DNA of 64,000 nt from Nitrospirota bacterium (GCA_963751455.1 CAVVUN010000015.1:704001-768000); one strand, 5' to 3'; positions 30,362 through 41,159 are shown, numbered from the stretch's first letter. Notes: generated by a model not told the origin, from the sequence alone. Program-made: numbers and translations.

Positions 30362-30381
30362 AATCCCCCTGGGGACGCCAA
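30362..30381 (+). repeat. Third att copy (20 bp)
   Basis: aatccccctggggacgccaa equals 4080-4099; terminator follows at 30388-30422. Confidence 0.85.
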
Positions 30382-30439
30382 AATTTCAAGAGGGTTAGCT
30401 GAAAAGCTAGCCTCTTTTTTTTGAAAACGTAGCAGAGCG

Positions 30440-30660
30440 TAGCTGCTCTCTGGCTTCCGGTACATTTACCGCTTCCCTCAAGTTCTCCGGTGGCAAGTAC
30501 TTTGCAGCAACGTCATGCGAAGATCCTTGTGCCCCAGCAGTTCCATGATCATCTGTCATCCACTCCTGATTGCCTCATGCCTGAACAAAGTCGTGTCTTA
30601 GATCGCGAACCGGAGGGAAGAACGGTTTGCCTTTGCGCGGTTAAACACATCTGATAATCT
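30440..30660 (-). pseudogene. Decayed tyrosine integrase C-terminus next to the third att
   Basis: Frame-broken DLRHDF, ELLGHKDLRMT and PENLREAVNV segments. Confidence 0.7.
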
Positions 30661-30763
30661 CCTGCTGAAGGGGTCTCTTACCGAACTCGCGGTGGGGACT
30701 TCCGAAGAATCTGTTCGACGCTCTTGCAGCATGCGACCGGTCAGCTGCCGAAAGCATCCTTTT

Positions 30764-31006
30764 TTAGCCTGTTTTCCTTATGTAGAAAGTGAACGTACCC
30801 GAACCTTCATCTATCTTGACAATCTCGTTCCCGGTGCTTTTTGCCCATGATACCATGTCATTTTTAGATCCCGGATCCGTTGCCTCTACTTTCAAGACCT
30901 GATCTTTAGAAAGCGCCTCGACCGCCTTTTTTGTTTTCAGTATCGGGAGCGGACAAGTCATCCCTTTTGCGTCGAGAACCTGGTCAAACTTTATATCTGG
31001 CGCCAT
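30764..31006 (-). CDS. tusA: Sulfurtransferase TusA family
   Basis: LDAKGMTCPLPILKTKKA..TDPGS. Confidence 0.92.
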   Translation of the reverse strand: MAPDIKFDQVLDAKGMTCPLPILKTKKAVEALSKDQVLKVEATDPGSKNDMVSWAKSTGNEIVKIDEGSGTFTFYIRKTG

Positions 31007-31086
31007 GTTTTACCTCCGATTAACACAAAGAGAAGAGGGCCGGGAGCTCCGGCCCTCTTTTTAGAGGAGGTGCAGACAAAAAACTA

Positions 31087-31503
31087 TCAGAAGCAGAGAG
31101 AACCTTTTGCATGTGACGCAAGATCTATCAAGCTCATTGCGCCTGCAGGCGTTACGCCGGGCATCAGGTCCCCGGGGGTAATCTTCTTATTCGCCATCGT
31201 CTGGGTACAGCACTGGATCTCCACTCCCATATCGACGGCCTCCCGGAGGCGTTGCGCGACAGTGGGGACGCCGGGTTCCGTATGCTCCTGTCGTTCCAAA
31301 ACCCCGTTTACCATGACATCTACTGCGTTTTGAACACAGTACAGAATTGTCCGGTAATCTGCGGCTGCCGCCAAAGACGCGAACATGAGCGCCGAGCGCA
31401 ACCGTGCGGGGGTCTCCAGCCCGGACGCACAGAGGACGATGAACAGGTTGGCAAGGCCCCCGTTCGAACAGTCAATGCCTTTATGCTGCAGCACTTCCTG
31501 CAT
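31087..31503 (-). CDS. DsrE/DsrF-like protein
   Basis: GVEIQCCTQT..AGAMSLI; sits between OsmC and TusA genes. Confidence 0.8.
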   Translation of the reverse strand: MQEVLQHKGIDCSNGGLANLFIVLCASGLETPARLRSALMFASLAAAADYRTILYCVQNAVDVMVNGVLERQEHTEPGVPTVAQRLREAVDMGVEIQCCTQTMANKKITPGDLMPGVTPAGAMSLIDLASHAKGSLCF

Positions 31504-32032
31504 GTGAATCCTCCAGTTCGGCCTTGATCGCCACCGGCCGGGCAAGCGTCATTCCCACCGGGGATGTCGATATGACATGTTTATGCAGTTCTTCGAGCGT
31601 CTTCTTGTCTGCGGAAGATTTTATCCTGACCTTCGCGGTGATGTTCTTGAAGCCGGGAAGTTTGTCCATCTTGAGCTTTTCAGGAGCTTCGAGGCCGAGA
31701 AATCCCGGGAGGTCGATCTCTCCTTCCAGGTCGATCTTGATATCGTCGATCTTGATGTTGCGGACCGCAGCATTCATGGCGTAGCCTATCGACAAGCATG
31801 CACCGTAGGCCTGAAGCACCATCTCGACCGGGTTGGCCGCGGTGTTTGTCCCGCACAGCATCTCGGGTTCGTCGGCCAGGAGCTTGAAGTCCCGGGAACA
31901 TGTCTCGACTTTGAATCCGCCTTTCCATGTCGTTGTTGCCTTCCAAGTCGTTCTGCCGACTTCCCAGTTTTTCTTGACCGTGTCCACGACCTGCATCAAC
32001 TTCTCTGTTTCCAGTCCATTCACAACAGGCAT
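31481..32032 (-). CDS. OsmC/Ohr-like protein
   Basis: DEPEMLCGTNTAANPVE..YGACL..TSPV. Confidence 0.85.
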   Translation of the reverse strand: MPVVNGLETEKLMQVVDTVKKNWEVGRTTWKATTTWKGGFKVETCSRDFKLLADEPEMLCGTNTAANPVEMVLQAYGACLSIGYAMNAAVRNIKIDDIKIDLEGEIDLPGFLGLEAPEKLKMDKLPGFKNITAKVRIKSSADKKTLEELHKHVISTSPVGMTLARPVAIKAELEDSHAGSAAA

Positions 32033-32071
32033 TTTTTTAGCCCTCCTTTTTGATCGTTCTAATAGACAGAC

Positions 32072-32088
32072 TGCAAATCCTTTACCAA
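32072..32088 (-). promoter_or_regulatory. Sigma54 -24/-12 promoter of osmC-dsrE-tusA
   Basis: TTGGTAAAGGATTTGCA with GG-N10-GC spacing; TGCA-N3-TGCA candidate activator sites near 32210 and 32296. Confidence 0.75.
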
Positions 32089-32322
32089 GTTTATGAAATG
32101 AGAATTGCAAGGACATTTCACAGGGAATCGGAACGGATTTCAGGCGGTTATGGGATCAGCGCAGGGAAGGGGCTTTTACTCGTAATGCCGGCTTCTTTGC
32201 CGGTCAACTGCAAAATGCAATGCATGAAAACAACGAAGAGGGGAGTTAGGGCGGAAAATATTGATTTCTTACAGGACTGGAAGTATCAAGAGGACTGCAA
32301 ATTGCAATCTTTACGGATCGGG

Positions 32323-33807
32323 CTATTGCAATTTTCTCCAGATCGTGGTCGGGTCTACCCCGAGAAGCTTTGCTGCTTTCTTTTTGTTTCCACCCGAAAA
32401 GTTCAGAACTTTCAGAATATGCTCTTTCTCGGCTCGTTCAAGAGTCCAATCCAAACCCACGTCATAGCTTGAAATTCCCATCCCCGTGGGAAGGTCTTCC
32501 TTGCGGACTTCATTTGTTTCAGCGACAACGACGGCACGTTCCAGCGCGTTTTCCAGTTCCCGGATATTGCCGGGCCAGGTATGGCTGATGAGTGCGCTCA
32601 TGGCTTCGTTCGCTATTCTCCGGACCTGCTTGTCAAGTTTTTTCCCGTATTTTGCGATAAAGTACCGGGCAAGTAGAGGTATGTCCTCCGCGCGGTCACG
32701 GAGCGCGGGTAGATCGATCCGGATTACGTTCAGACGGTAATAGAGGTCTTCCCTGAAAAGCTTTTCTTTGATTGCTTCAGTCAAATCCTGGTTCGTTGCA
32801 GCAATGACCCGAACGTCCACGGTTACGGGCACAGTGCTGCCGACGGGAAAGAAGGTCATGTCCTGGAGAACCCGCAGCAACTTCACCTGCAGGTTCTTGC
32901 TCATGGCCTCGACTTCATCCAGAAACATCGTGCCCGTCGATGCCGCCTCGAACAGGCCCTTACGGTCGGTTGACGCGCCGGTAAATGAGCCACGCATATA
33001 ACCGAAGAGCTCCGATTCCAGAAGGTTCTCGTTCAGTGCCGCGCAGTTGACGGCAATGAATGGCTTGTCCTTCCTGATGCTGTTGAAATGGATGGCGCGT
33101 GCGATCAGCTCTTTCCCGGTCCCGCTCTCGCCGTAAATAAGGATGCTCGAAGGCACATCAAGGATTTTCCGCACGAGGTCCAGAACGGACAACATCTTTG
33201 GGCTGCTGGCAATAATGCCTTCGAAGTTAATGAGCCGGGAGCTTGCATCGGCCTCTTTTTTCGCCGTCTCGAAAATGCGCGCATTCTCGATCGCGAGGCC
33301 TATGGGCTGTGTTGCAGCCCTGAGAATTTCAAGGAGTTCAGTGTCCGGAGTGTACGCTTCATGTGTTATCACGCACAGGACCCCGACCACCTTGTTCCGG
33401 GCCTTGATGGGAAGGCCCGCATAAAACTCCATGTTCTCCTGTTTCAGCACTCCCCGCGTGAACCTTGGATCCAGCGAGGCTTTTTCCCGGATAATCACCT
33501 CCCTGTCGCACTGCGCAATGCTTCCGCACATGCACTCGCCTACCTTGACCTTGTTCTCACACAGGTCTTTCACGACCGCTTCGATCAAATTTCGGAATGC
33601 GACAGGCACCATTTCCATCGTGTCCTCGTTGATCACGTAAATGACCCCCGCATCCACGCCCATGAAGGCAATGACCTTGTCGAGCACATCGTCGAGGATG
33701 CTCTTGAGGTCGAGAGACTTGCCGACCGTCAGCGCAATCTCATACAGAATGGAAAGCTTTTTATTCTGCCGCTCTAATAGTTCGGGCGTTATCTCCGCAT
33801 TTTTCAT
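32323..33807 (-). CDS. GAF-AAA+-HTH sigma54 enhancer-binding protein
   Basis: GESGTGKE, ESELFG..GSFTGA, WPGNIREL, Fis-type HTH. Confidence 0.95.
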   Translation of the reverse strand: MKNAEITPELLERQNKKLSILYEIALTVGKSLDLKSILDDVLDKVIAFMGVDAGVIYVINEDTMEMVPVAFRNLIEAVVKDLCENKVKVGECMCGSIAQCDREVIIREKASLDPRFTRGVLKQENMEFYAGLPIKARNKVVGVLCVITHEAYTPDTELLEILRAATQPIGLAIENARIFETAKKEADASSRLINFEGIIASSPKMLSVLDLVRKILDVPSSILIYGESGTGKELIARAIHFNSIRKDKPFIAVNCAALNENLLESELFGYMRGSFTGASTDRKGLFEAASTGTMFLDEVEAMSKNLQVKLLRVLQDMTFFPVGSTVPVTVDVRVIAATNQDLTEAIKEKLFREDLYYRLNVIRIDLPALRDRAEDIPLLARYFIAKYGKKLDKQVRRIANEAMSALISHTWPGNIRELENALERAVVVAETNEVRKEDLPTGMGISSYDVGLDWTLERAEKEHILKVLNFSGGNKKKAAKLLGVDPTTIWRKLQ

Positions 33808-34057
33808 CGTTCTATAGTAACGCCTTTTCCTTTAAAAGGAAAGAGGAGTAATGTGGTCTTTAAATAATAACCATATTTATAAAGCCACATACTAATTATA
33901 ATTTTAGGCCTGTAGCATTTCATTCAGCTTATTAATCAGACGCTCCGATATATGTGCGTGCTGTTTCTGTAACTACATGTAAAAAATGGAACAATAAAAC
34001 GGAATGAAAGATGCAATTAATTCTGCTGTCAAAATCACTTTAAGGAGGAGTCTGACA

Positions 34058-34462
34058 ATGAAGAAGCAAATGTCACTTATAACGATGTTCGTACTGTTCG
34101 CGGTTTTGCTGGGAGGGTGGTCATTCTCGAAAGGGTATGAATCGCAGAAGAAGGCAGGGGGGCTGGGTATTACGCTCAAGGCCGACCGTTACCCGCTTGT
34201 TAAAGGGGACAATAATTTGACCTTGATTATCACCGATGCCGCAGGAAAAGCGGTAACCGATGCCAAGGTGGAGGTTCGGTTCTTTATGCCGCCCATGCCC
34301 GGAATGGCGCCGATGGAGGACCGCGTTCAACCCAAGGCGAAAGGCAACGGTTATCCGTTCACGGTCAACCCGGGGATGGAAGGCGGATGGAAGGTTGAAG
34401 CAACGGTGGAGCAGCCAGGGAAGACATCCGCGACGGTTATCTTTAATCTTGACGCCCGGTAG
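34058..34462 (+). CDS. FixH/YtkA-like secreted protein
   Basis: Signal peptide; MPPMPGMAPM; MEGGWKV. Confidence 0.75.
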   Translation: MKKQMSLITMFVLFAVLLGGWSFSKGYESQKKAGGLGITLKADRYPLVKGDNNLTLIITDAAGKAVTDAKVEVRFFMPPMPGMAPMEDRVQPKAKGNGYPFTVNPGMEGGWKVEATVEQPGKTSATVIFNLDAR

Positions 34463-34514
34463 CGGGACGACGTACGTGCGATAAACGAGAACTTTCTAGA
34501 AAAAAGGAGATTCT

Positions 34515-34949
34515 ATGAACAGGATCGTATTTGCCATCTGTCTTATGGTCGCATTGAGTGCTGGAATCGCATTTGCAGAGATTACGTCCGGTCTCGGCCA
34601 TGACACGAACTCATCACAGCAGGGCCAGCATATGATGAGCGGTATGAGCGGCCATACCATGCATCATGAAACGATGGCCGATATGCCGGACCTGATCTCC
34701 CAAACGAACCAGATGCTGATGAAAATGACCCACGCGATTCCCATCACTCATGTTACCATCACCGAGCACGAGAATATGAAGGAAATGGGCGGTGTCATGC
34801 ATGAAATGGCCAAGGTGCTGAACGACCTGGCCACTTCCATGGACCAGGGAAAAATGGACAAGCAAGCACTTGATGTCATGCATGACCGGATAAAAGCATT
34901 GCAGCAGAAGATCGACAGTCCGCAGAAATATCCGCAGTCTGCACCCTGA
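34515..34949 (+). CDS. Met/His-rich secreted helical protein
   Basis: Signal peptide ending AFA; many Met and His residues. Confidence 0.75.
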   Translation: MNRIVFAICLMVALSAGIAFAEITSGLGHDTNSSQQGQHMMSGMSGHTMHHETMADMPDLISQTNQMLMKMTHAIPITHVTITEHENMKEMGGVMHEMAKVLNDLATSMDQGKMDKQALDVMHDRIKALQQKIDSPQKYPQSAP

Positions 34950-34988
34950 GTAACGAGAATAACCATAGGTATAAGAAAGGGAGAAACT

Positions 34989-35213
34989 ATGCGCAATCAG
35001 AAGGGGGAAGTTGTAACCGGAGTAATGGTAGCCATGATGGTGATTATGATGCTCTTCGGCGGCATGCACTGGATGCACGGAGACCACCGGCATGGAAACG
35101 ATCATGACGGGAGCGAACACAAGCACGACCATCAGCACGATCAACAAAAAAAAGGAATGCATCAGATGCATCATGACGAGGGAGATCATTCTGGAGCTCA
35201 AGAAGAAAAGTGA
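34989..35213 (+). CDS. Small membrane-anchored His-rich protein
   Basis: MRNQKGE plus TM helix plus His-rich tail; paralog at 40400. Confidence 0.7.
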   Translation: MRNQKGEVVTGVMVAMMVIMMLFGGMHWMHGDHRHGNDHDGSEHKHDHQHDQQKKGMHQMHHDEGDHSGAQEEK

Positions 35214-35351
35214 GGAATACTTACCTGGCCGCAATCGTTCAAATACATCTCAGTTCACTTTCGGTTCGCCATCCCGTTAAATAACCTAAAAAAGGGTTTG
35301 CACAATTCACGACCTGCAGATGTATAATGTGTAAACTTGAGGAGGGGAAAA

Positions 35352-36788
35352 ATGGACCAGGCTGACGAACCGGAACAAATTCAGGGAAGGCCGGACCTCG
35401 GGCTCAGGATAAAGGGAGATATACTGCCCGGGCAGGAGAAGACGATATCTGACGTAAATGTTCTTTTGAGCGAGCTGGCGGCAGCCCTCAAGCTCCTGTT
35501 CGAGCAGGGCTTCGAGCAGACCCGGGTATCGGACACAGTGAAAAACGACGCTTCCCAGATGGTAAACGCGGCAGACAAGACGAAAAACCTTGCTGCCCTG
35601 GTCTCGACGTCTATGAACGAATTAAGGACAGCCGTGGGTGTGCTTGCGGAAAGGGTCAATGAAACCGGCGGGGCGGGCGCCCGCGCGGGAGGTGCTGATT
35701 CCCTCCGGAATACGGATTCGTCCCTGGAAAGCGTCAAAAAACTGGCTTTGAGGATATCGTCATGGGCTGAAACGAACAAGATCTTGTCCGAGGCAGCGAA
35801 AGAAATGTCGGGGTTCATCAACGTTATAGACGATGTCGCGCAAAAGACGAACCTTCTTGCCCTCAACGCTGCGATCCAGGCAGCACGCGCCGGAGAGTAT
35901 GGAAGCGGGTTTGCGGTCGTAGCTGAAGAGATTCGGAAACTCTCGGACAGGACGGCCCAGTATACCGATGAGATATCCGGTACGCTCAACCTGATGAAGA
36001 AAAAGGCGGAAGACTCGGTCCTGAATATGGAAGATACACTTGCCATCGTGGCAGAAAGCATCGAGAAGGCCCAGGCTACGGACGACTCGCTGCGGGAGAT
36101 TGCTTCGAAAGCGTCACGGATTGCCGGGGAGGTGTCCTCGAACATGGATTCGGTGTCGGCTCAGGCCAACAACGCCCGGGTGCTTTCGGAGCGCATCTCC
36201 CAATCCGGGGAGGCGGTGGCCCGGAGCACCATGGATATCTACTCACAACTGTGCGCATTCAAGCTTAATGAGGCCGACCGGACGATTGAGGCATTTCTCG
36301 TGACTGCAGCGCGCGAGTTTCAGGAAAAGCTTGAGGCTGATATCGAGGCGGGAAGGGTCAGAATCGAAGATCTTTTCGATGAAAAATACATTTCGGATAA
36401 TGGAACCATATACAGAAACAGGGCGACACGATATTTCAACACCGCAATCCTTCCAAAGCTGAAGGGCTGGTCTTCGGCGAACTCACGAATTATTTATGTC
36501 GTCGTCATGGACCGAAAGTGTTTTATGCCGACGCACGTCAACCCGGCCCGCTCAGGTGTTATCATGAAGGACACCGTATCGCAGCGCGGTGCTCAATCCG
36601 GGAAAATTATCGGTCAGGCCTTCCGAAGGCCGATTGAGGCCGGGGGGGAGCTCGTCGTCGATATTGCCTGCCCGATTACGATCATGAAAAAACACTGGGG
36701 CTGTCTAAGGATAGGGTACCTTCCGGCGAATATAGCAAAGACGTTCGTTTCGGGGCGTAATAATTCCGTGTTGCCCGTATCAAGATAG
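35352..36788 (+). CDS. Cytoplasmic methyl-accepting chemotaxis protein
   Basis: [33 protein letters not shown]; C-terminal HWGCLRIGY domain. Confidence 0.9.
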   Translation: MDQADEPEQIQGRPDLGLRIKGDILPGQEKTISDVNVLLSELAAALKLLFEQGFEQTRVSDTVKNDASQMVNAADKTKNLAALVSTSMNELRTAVGVLAERVNETGGAGARAGGADSLRNTDSSLESVKKLALRISSWAETNKILSEAAKEMSGFINVIDDVAQKTNLLALNAAIQAARAGEYGSGFAVVAEEIRKLSDRTAQYTDEISGTLNLMKKKAEDSVLNMEDTLAIVAESIEKAQATDDSLREIASKASRIAGEVSSNMDSVSAQANNARVLSERISQSGEAVARSTMDIYSQLCAFKLNEADRTIEAFLVTAAREFQEKLEADIEAGRVRIEDLFDEKYISDNGTIYRNRATRYFNTAILPKLKGWSSANSRIIYVVVMDRKCFMPTHVNPARSGVIMKDTVSQRGAQSGKIIGQAFRRPIEAGGELVVDIACPITIMKKHWGCLRIGYLPANIAKTFVSGRNNSVLPVSR

Positions 36789-36912
36789 CGTGACGTTCGT
36801 CCCAAAAGTCCTGCTTCTCGTAAGCAAACATAGAGAGCGGCAGTCCCATTGAACAAATTGATCGCTTGCTCCAGATTCTACAGGAGTAAGCGCAACATTC
36901 CCATTGATAAAG

Positions 36913-38511
36913 CGGAATCTGTCAATGACTTTGAGACACCCCGCGTCCGAATTTAGTGTAGAACCGGTTCACTCTCGGGCGCTGGCTTCGGTTTATTGAT
37001 CCACGCGGCCTCCGGGATGACCGGCGGGACCGGTACTTTTCGTACAAAACGTTCCGGGTGGGCCTCATAAGCGATCCGCAGTACCTCTGCTCGGGCCTTC
37101 CGGACGTCATGGGCAAGGCCGTAGTGCATGGTTTCCGGGGTCAGCAGACCGATTCCCGAATGCCGATGCTCTTTGTTATACCACGGAAAGAACCCCTGAC
37201 AGTGATTCCTGCCATCCTCGATGCACCCGAACCGCTCAGGGAAGTCCGGACGGTACTTGAGGGTCTTGAACTGAGCCTCCGAGTACGGATTGTCATCGCT
37301 CGTATGGGGTCTGCTGTGGGTCTTGGTGATCCCCAGATCGGCCAACAGGAACGCCACCTGCTTCGATTTCATGGACGATCCCCGGTCCGCATGGATCGTG
37401 AGCTGGTCTCTGCCGATCCGCTGCTTGGCACAGGTCTCTTTGATCAGTTTCTCGGCCAGTGCCGCAGATTCCGCGGGGGCGACCATCCAGCCGACCACGT
37501 ACCGGCTGAAGATGTCCATGATCACGTAGAGGTAGAAATAGGTCCACTTGGCCGGGCCTAAGAGCTTGGTGATGTCCCATGACCAGACTTGATTCGGTCC
37601 GGTTGCCAGAAGCTCGGGCTTTTTATATACCGGGTGGCTCAGCTGGTTCCGGCGTTCTTTGACCTCACTGTTTTTATCGAGAATGCGGTACATGGTGCGG
37701 ATGGAACAGTGATATATCCCTTCATCCAGAAGGGTTGCGTAGACTTCATGGGGTGCCTTGTCCACGAACCGGTCGGAATGGAGGATAGTCGAGCACTTCC
37801 TGCCGTTCCTCAGGGGAAAGCGCCCGATGATGCCGCCGGCGCTCGTTCGGTACGGCATCCAAGTGCCTGCGCTTCTTCCGCTTACGGTAAAACGCCGCAC
37901 GGGAGACGCCAAGGGATTCGCAGGCAGGCCTGATCCCTACTTCAGGGGAAAGAGAGAGGGCGGTTTCCATCAGTCGTTCTCTCCTTCCTCGGGGGTCGAG
38001 AGCGGAATCCCCAATATCTGAGCAGCTTTTTTTTGAATATCGATGATGAGCTCGGCCCGCTTGAGGCGTCTCTCGAGCCGATTATTCTCCTTGCGGAGTT
38101 TTTCGTTCTCTACCTGGAGCGGATTGCTGCCCGATTCCTTCCGGCCGCGCTTCTTGGGAGAAAGGGCGGTCAGAACGCCCCGAGTTCATCTGCTTGCGCC
38201 AGGTGGTGAGGTTCGAGGCATACAACCCCTCGCGCCGAAGAAGGGCGCCTAAATCGGTGCAGGCATCGGCCTCTTTCAGGATGCGGCGCTTGTATTCAGA
38301 AGTAAAACGCCGCCTTGTGGCCTTCGTGGGGACTTCAGGGTCAGGGATGACCGTAGCTCCAGTCCCGTCCCAGGGAATCTCAGTCGCCCTCCGGGCTCCT
38401 TCGTTTCCCTGGGTTGCTTTGATCGTTTCAGCTATCATAGTATTTTCTCCTCCCCGCCCTCTACTCTAATTTACCATAGGGGAGGTGTCTCACTTATATT
38501 GACACAGAGGG
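36913..38511 (-). mobile_element. IS3-family element with frameshifted orfA and orfB
   Basis: WSWDITKL, HADRGSSM, DNPYSEAQFKTLK; IRs 36920-36940 and 38484-38504. Confidence 0.9.
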
Positions 38512-38602
38512 AGGCAAAACGGACCGGCAGACCGCGAAACGAAAAATTAAACCAACTCATTTGTGTGAAAAGCTTTGTGGGCTTGTTCGGCAGGTCAATT
38601 AA

Positions 38603-39100
38603 TCAATGTCCCATATGCCCCATTCCCATTCCGTGCCCGCTGTGCGGCCTCGCATATCGGCCGCGTCCCTCATAGCTGTCCCAGTGCCGTTCCTCTTCCC
38701 AGTGCCTCCAGTTTCTCTTCACCATATGATACGGCATGCGCTCATAGCCAGGAGGTACATTCCGATAATCAGGCGGTAAATTGATCAGCGGAGGCGGCAC
38801 GTTTCCGATCGCTACACGGCCCCACGCCCCGTTGTATTCGGCTGAGAAATACCATTCTCCTCTATAGGGTCGGTACCAGTATCCGCGGTAAAAGAAAAGT
38901 TCCGCTTCAACATCGGGTGCGAAATATGCGTAGCTTCCCGGGATAACGACCATTGCCGGCGGTACGGCAATTCCCAGTTCCGGAAGCAGAACAGTGACGT
39001 TAAGATTTACTCCTGCATTGCTTATTAATGGGTAGACAAGCCCGACAGACAAGCACCCTGCAAGCAGTACTATAACCATCCGTCTTTTCATAATGCTCAT
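38603..39100 (-). CDS. Secreted Pro/Trp/Tyr-rich hypothetical protein
   Basis: Signal peptide; FYRGYWYRPYRGEW; GAGGAGG RBS. Confidence 0.75.
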   Translation of the reverse strand: MSIMKRRMVIVLLAGCLSVGLVYPLISNAGVNLNVTVLLPELGIAVPPAMVVIPGSYAYFAPDVEAELFFYRGYWYRPYRGEWYFSAEYNGAWGRVAIGNVPPPLINLPPDYRNVPPGYERMPYHMVKRNWRHWEEERHWDSYEGRGRYARPHSGHGMGMGHMGH

Positions 39101-39125
39101 CCTCCTCAAACTCTAAATCTACAAT

Positions 39126-39154
39126 ATAAGACGAAACAAAAACGAAAAGGTTAC
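39126..39154 (-). promoter_or_regulatory. ECF sigma promoter
   Basis: GTAAC-N16-CGTCTTAT. Confidence 0.65.
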
Positions 39155-39240
39155 TGAAATTTGATTTTTCCCCAAAATTTCTGACTTTTCGGGAACAGTA
39201 CATATTAAAACGCTGTTTGATTAATAAAAATATTGTTGCC

Positions 39241-39270
39241 TGTAACTTTTCCGATTTGTTTTCGTCTAAT
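39241..39270 (+). promoter_or_regulatory. ECF sigma promoter
   Basis: TGTAAC-N16-CGTCTAAT. Confidence 0.7.
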
Positions 39271-39345
39271 GTCTGATTTGAGACTAAATCATCATTGCTG
39301 GAATGCAATGAACATTGCGGTAAAAGACTTGAAGGAGGTCTGAAA

Positions 39346-40389
39346 ATGAAAAGATGCGAGAATTACCAGGCAGTTTTGGCTCTTACGATTCTGATCGGTT
39401 CACTGTTCATGCTTTTTGGGTGCGGAGGAGCGGGCAGTGCGATTGCTCCCGGCACGAGAATGATCAGCGGAACGGCAGTCAAGGGCCCGGTAAACGGCGG
39501 GACGGTAACTGCATACGCAGTAATGAATGGGGCATCAGGCATGGAGTTAGCCAGCGGAACAACAGACACGCAGGGGAATTATCATATTTCAATCGGGGAT
39601 TATACGGGTCCCCTCATGGTCCAGTTGAGCGGCGGTACATATACGGATGAGGCGACCGGTGTTACGACTACCATGTTGCCAGGGGACGTCATGACAGCCG
39701 TCATTCCTTTCGTCTCTTCCGATGCCACAATAACTGCGATTCAAATAACACCCATCACGTCGATGGCCCAGGCAATGGCGCACAACATGCCTGGCGGTAT
39801 GACCGCTGCGAATATCTCGGCCGCTAGTACTGCAATAGGCAGTCACTTCATGGTATCCGATATTCTTCACACGCAGCCCATGAACCCCTTGGTGCAGGGC
39901 TCCGCACAGAATGCGACCCAGGACCAGCAGAATTACGGGATGGCCCTTGCCGCCATCTCCCAGTACGCGAAGAACGTCGGGATGGCATCGTCGTCGGGCA
40001 TGGTCACTTCCATGATGAAGGATGCATCCGACGGGATTCTGGACGGCATGACGGGAACCACACCGATAGTTATGGGCGGCACGATGGGCACGGGTGGGTC
40101 CATGATGCAGACGACTGCGGGAACGACCGGCATGGCAACCGCAATGCAGCAATTCATGGAGTCCATGATGAACAAATCGGGTCTTGGCATATCGGATATG
40201 CAGACGCTGATGAGCAATATCAGCTCGGACGGCCAACTCCTGTCGACCCTCAGTACGGGTATCGATGGCATGATGACAGGCGGTACCGGCACCGATGGTA
40301 TGATGATTGGCGGTACGGGTACTGATAGCATGATGACAGGCGGTACGGGTACCGGTGGAATGATGACAGGTACTGCAGGGTCCATTTAG
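39346..40389 (+). CDS. Met-rich lipoprotein with C-terminal 10-aa tandem repeats
   Basis: LFGCGG lipobox; GTAVKGPV; four copies of GGTGTDGMMT-like repeat. Confidence 0.8.
   Translation: MKRCENYQAVLALTILIGSLFMLFGCGGAGSAIAPGTRMISGTAVKGPVNGGTVTAYAVMNGASGMELASGTTDTQGNYHISIGDYTGPLMVQLSGGTYTDEATGVTTTMLPGDVMTAVIPFVSSDATITAIQITPITSMAQAMAHNMPGGMTAANISAASTAIGSHFMVSDILHTQPMNPLVQGSAQNATQDQQNYGMALAAISQYAKNVGMASSSGMVTSMMKDASDGILDGMTGTTPIVMGGTMGTGGSMMQTTAGTTGMATAMQQFMESMMNKSGLGISDMQTLMSNISSDGQLLSTLSTGIDGMMTGGTGTDGMMIGGTGTDSMMTGGTGTGGMMTGTAGSI
40253..40371 (+). repeat. About four 30-bp coding tandem repeats
   Basis: ggtacgggtactgatagcatgatgacaggc-like units. Confidence 0.85.
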
Positions 40390-40399
40390 AGGCGAGCGT

Positions 40400-40615
40400 A
40401 TGCGTAATAAAAAAGGTGAAATTGTTATCGGCTTTGTGATAGCTATGATGGCTCTGATGATGTTCGGCGGCATGGTATGGAGACACAGTGAGCATGGCGG
40501 TGAGCGGGGTTCGTCAGGACATTGTATGCAGCTTCAACAGAGATATGACCATCAGGATGAAACCGGCCCGAGGGGACAGCTTCCTGCCGGGGAGGAAGGC
40601 AAGCAAAGAGATTAA
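40400..40615 (+). CDS. Small membrane-anchored protein, paralog of 34989-35213
   Basis: MRNKKGEIVIG..AMM..MMFGGM. Confidence 0.7.
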   Translation: MRNKKGEIVIGFVIAMMALMMFGGMVWRHSEHGGERGSSGHCMQLQQRYDHQDETGPRGQLPAGEEGKQRD

Positions 40616-40793
40616 CTGCAGATGACCCGTTATCCTGATTTAATGAATAGACATAAAGGAAAAGAAATAATCACGGCAGTCGGATAAATGATCCGGCTGC
40701 TTTTTTGTCGTATTTATTAATGCTTGTATAGAAAAACAGCATCGCGTAATATATAAGATAATTCTGAAGAAAATAAACAACGAGAGAAATAGT

Positions 40794-41159
40794 ATGCGAT
40801 TTTCCCTAAACGTGATCCCCCTGATGTTATTCTTGTCACTTGTCAGCTGCGCGCCAAAGCATCACGGGCCTGAAGTAATGAAGGAAGGTGTTTTTTTTTC
40901 CTTTTATCAGCCGTCTGCAAAAAACGTAGCGATAGCCGGCAGTTTCAATGCCTGGGACATGCATAAAGACAGTCTCGCGGGACCGGACAAAAATGGCATG
41001 TGGAGCATTGTTGTTCCTCTGCATGAGGGGCGGTACGAATATCTCTTCGTCATTAACGGGAAAGACTGGCAGCCTGACCCTTCTGTTCCGGAAGTTGACG
41101 ACGGATTCGGCGGGAAGAACTCGGTTCTCCTTGTACCGGACGAACATGCCGGGCTGTAA
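40794..41159 (+). CDS. CBM48/AMPK-type glycogen-binding lipoprotein
   Basis: LVSC lipobox; VAIAGSFNAW..GRYEYLFVING..DGFGGKNS. Confidence 0.85.
   Translation: MRFSLNVIPLMLFLSLVSCAPKHHGPEVMKEGVFFSFYQPSAKNVAIAGSFNAWDMHKDSLAGPDKNGMWSIVVPLHEGRYEYLFVINGKDWQPDPSVPEVDDGFGGKNSVLLVPDEHAGL

Larger units (their letters stand above)
24197..30381. mobile_element. Island 2: decayed tandem island at tRNA-Glu
   Basis: Bounded by att copies at 24167 and 30362; TA, IS and pseudogene cargo; no intact integrase. Confidence 0.7.

Noticed and set aside
40253-40371. 30-bp repeats as a possible CRISPR array
   Set aside because: No spacers, in-frame coding repeat, no cas genes.
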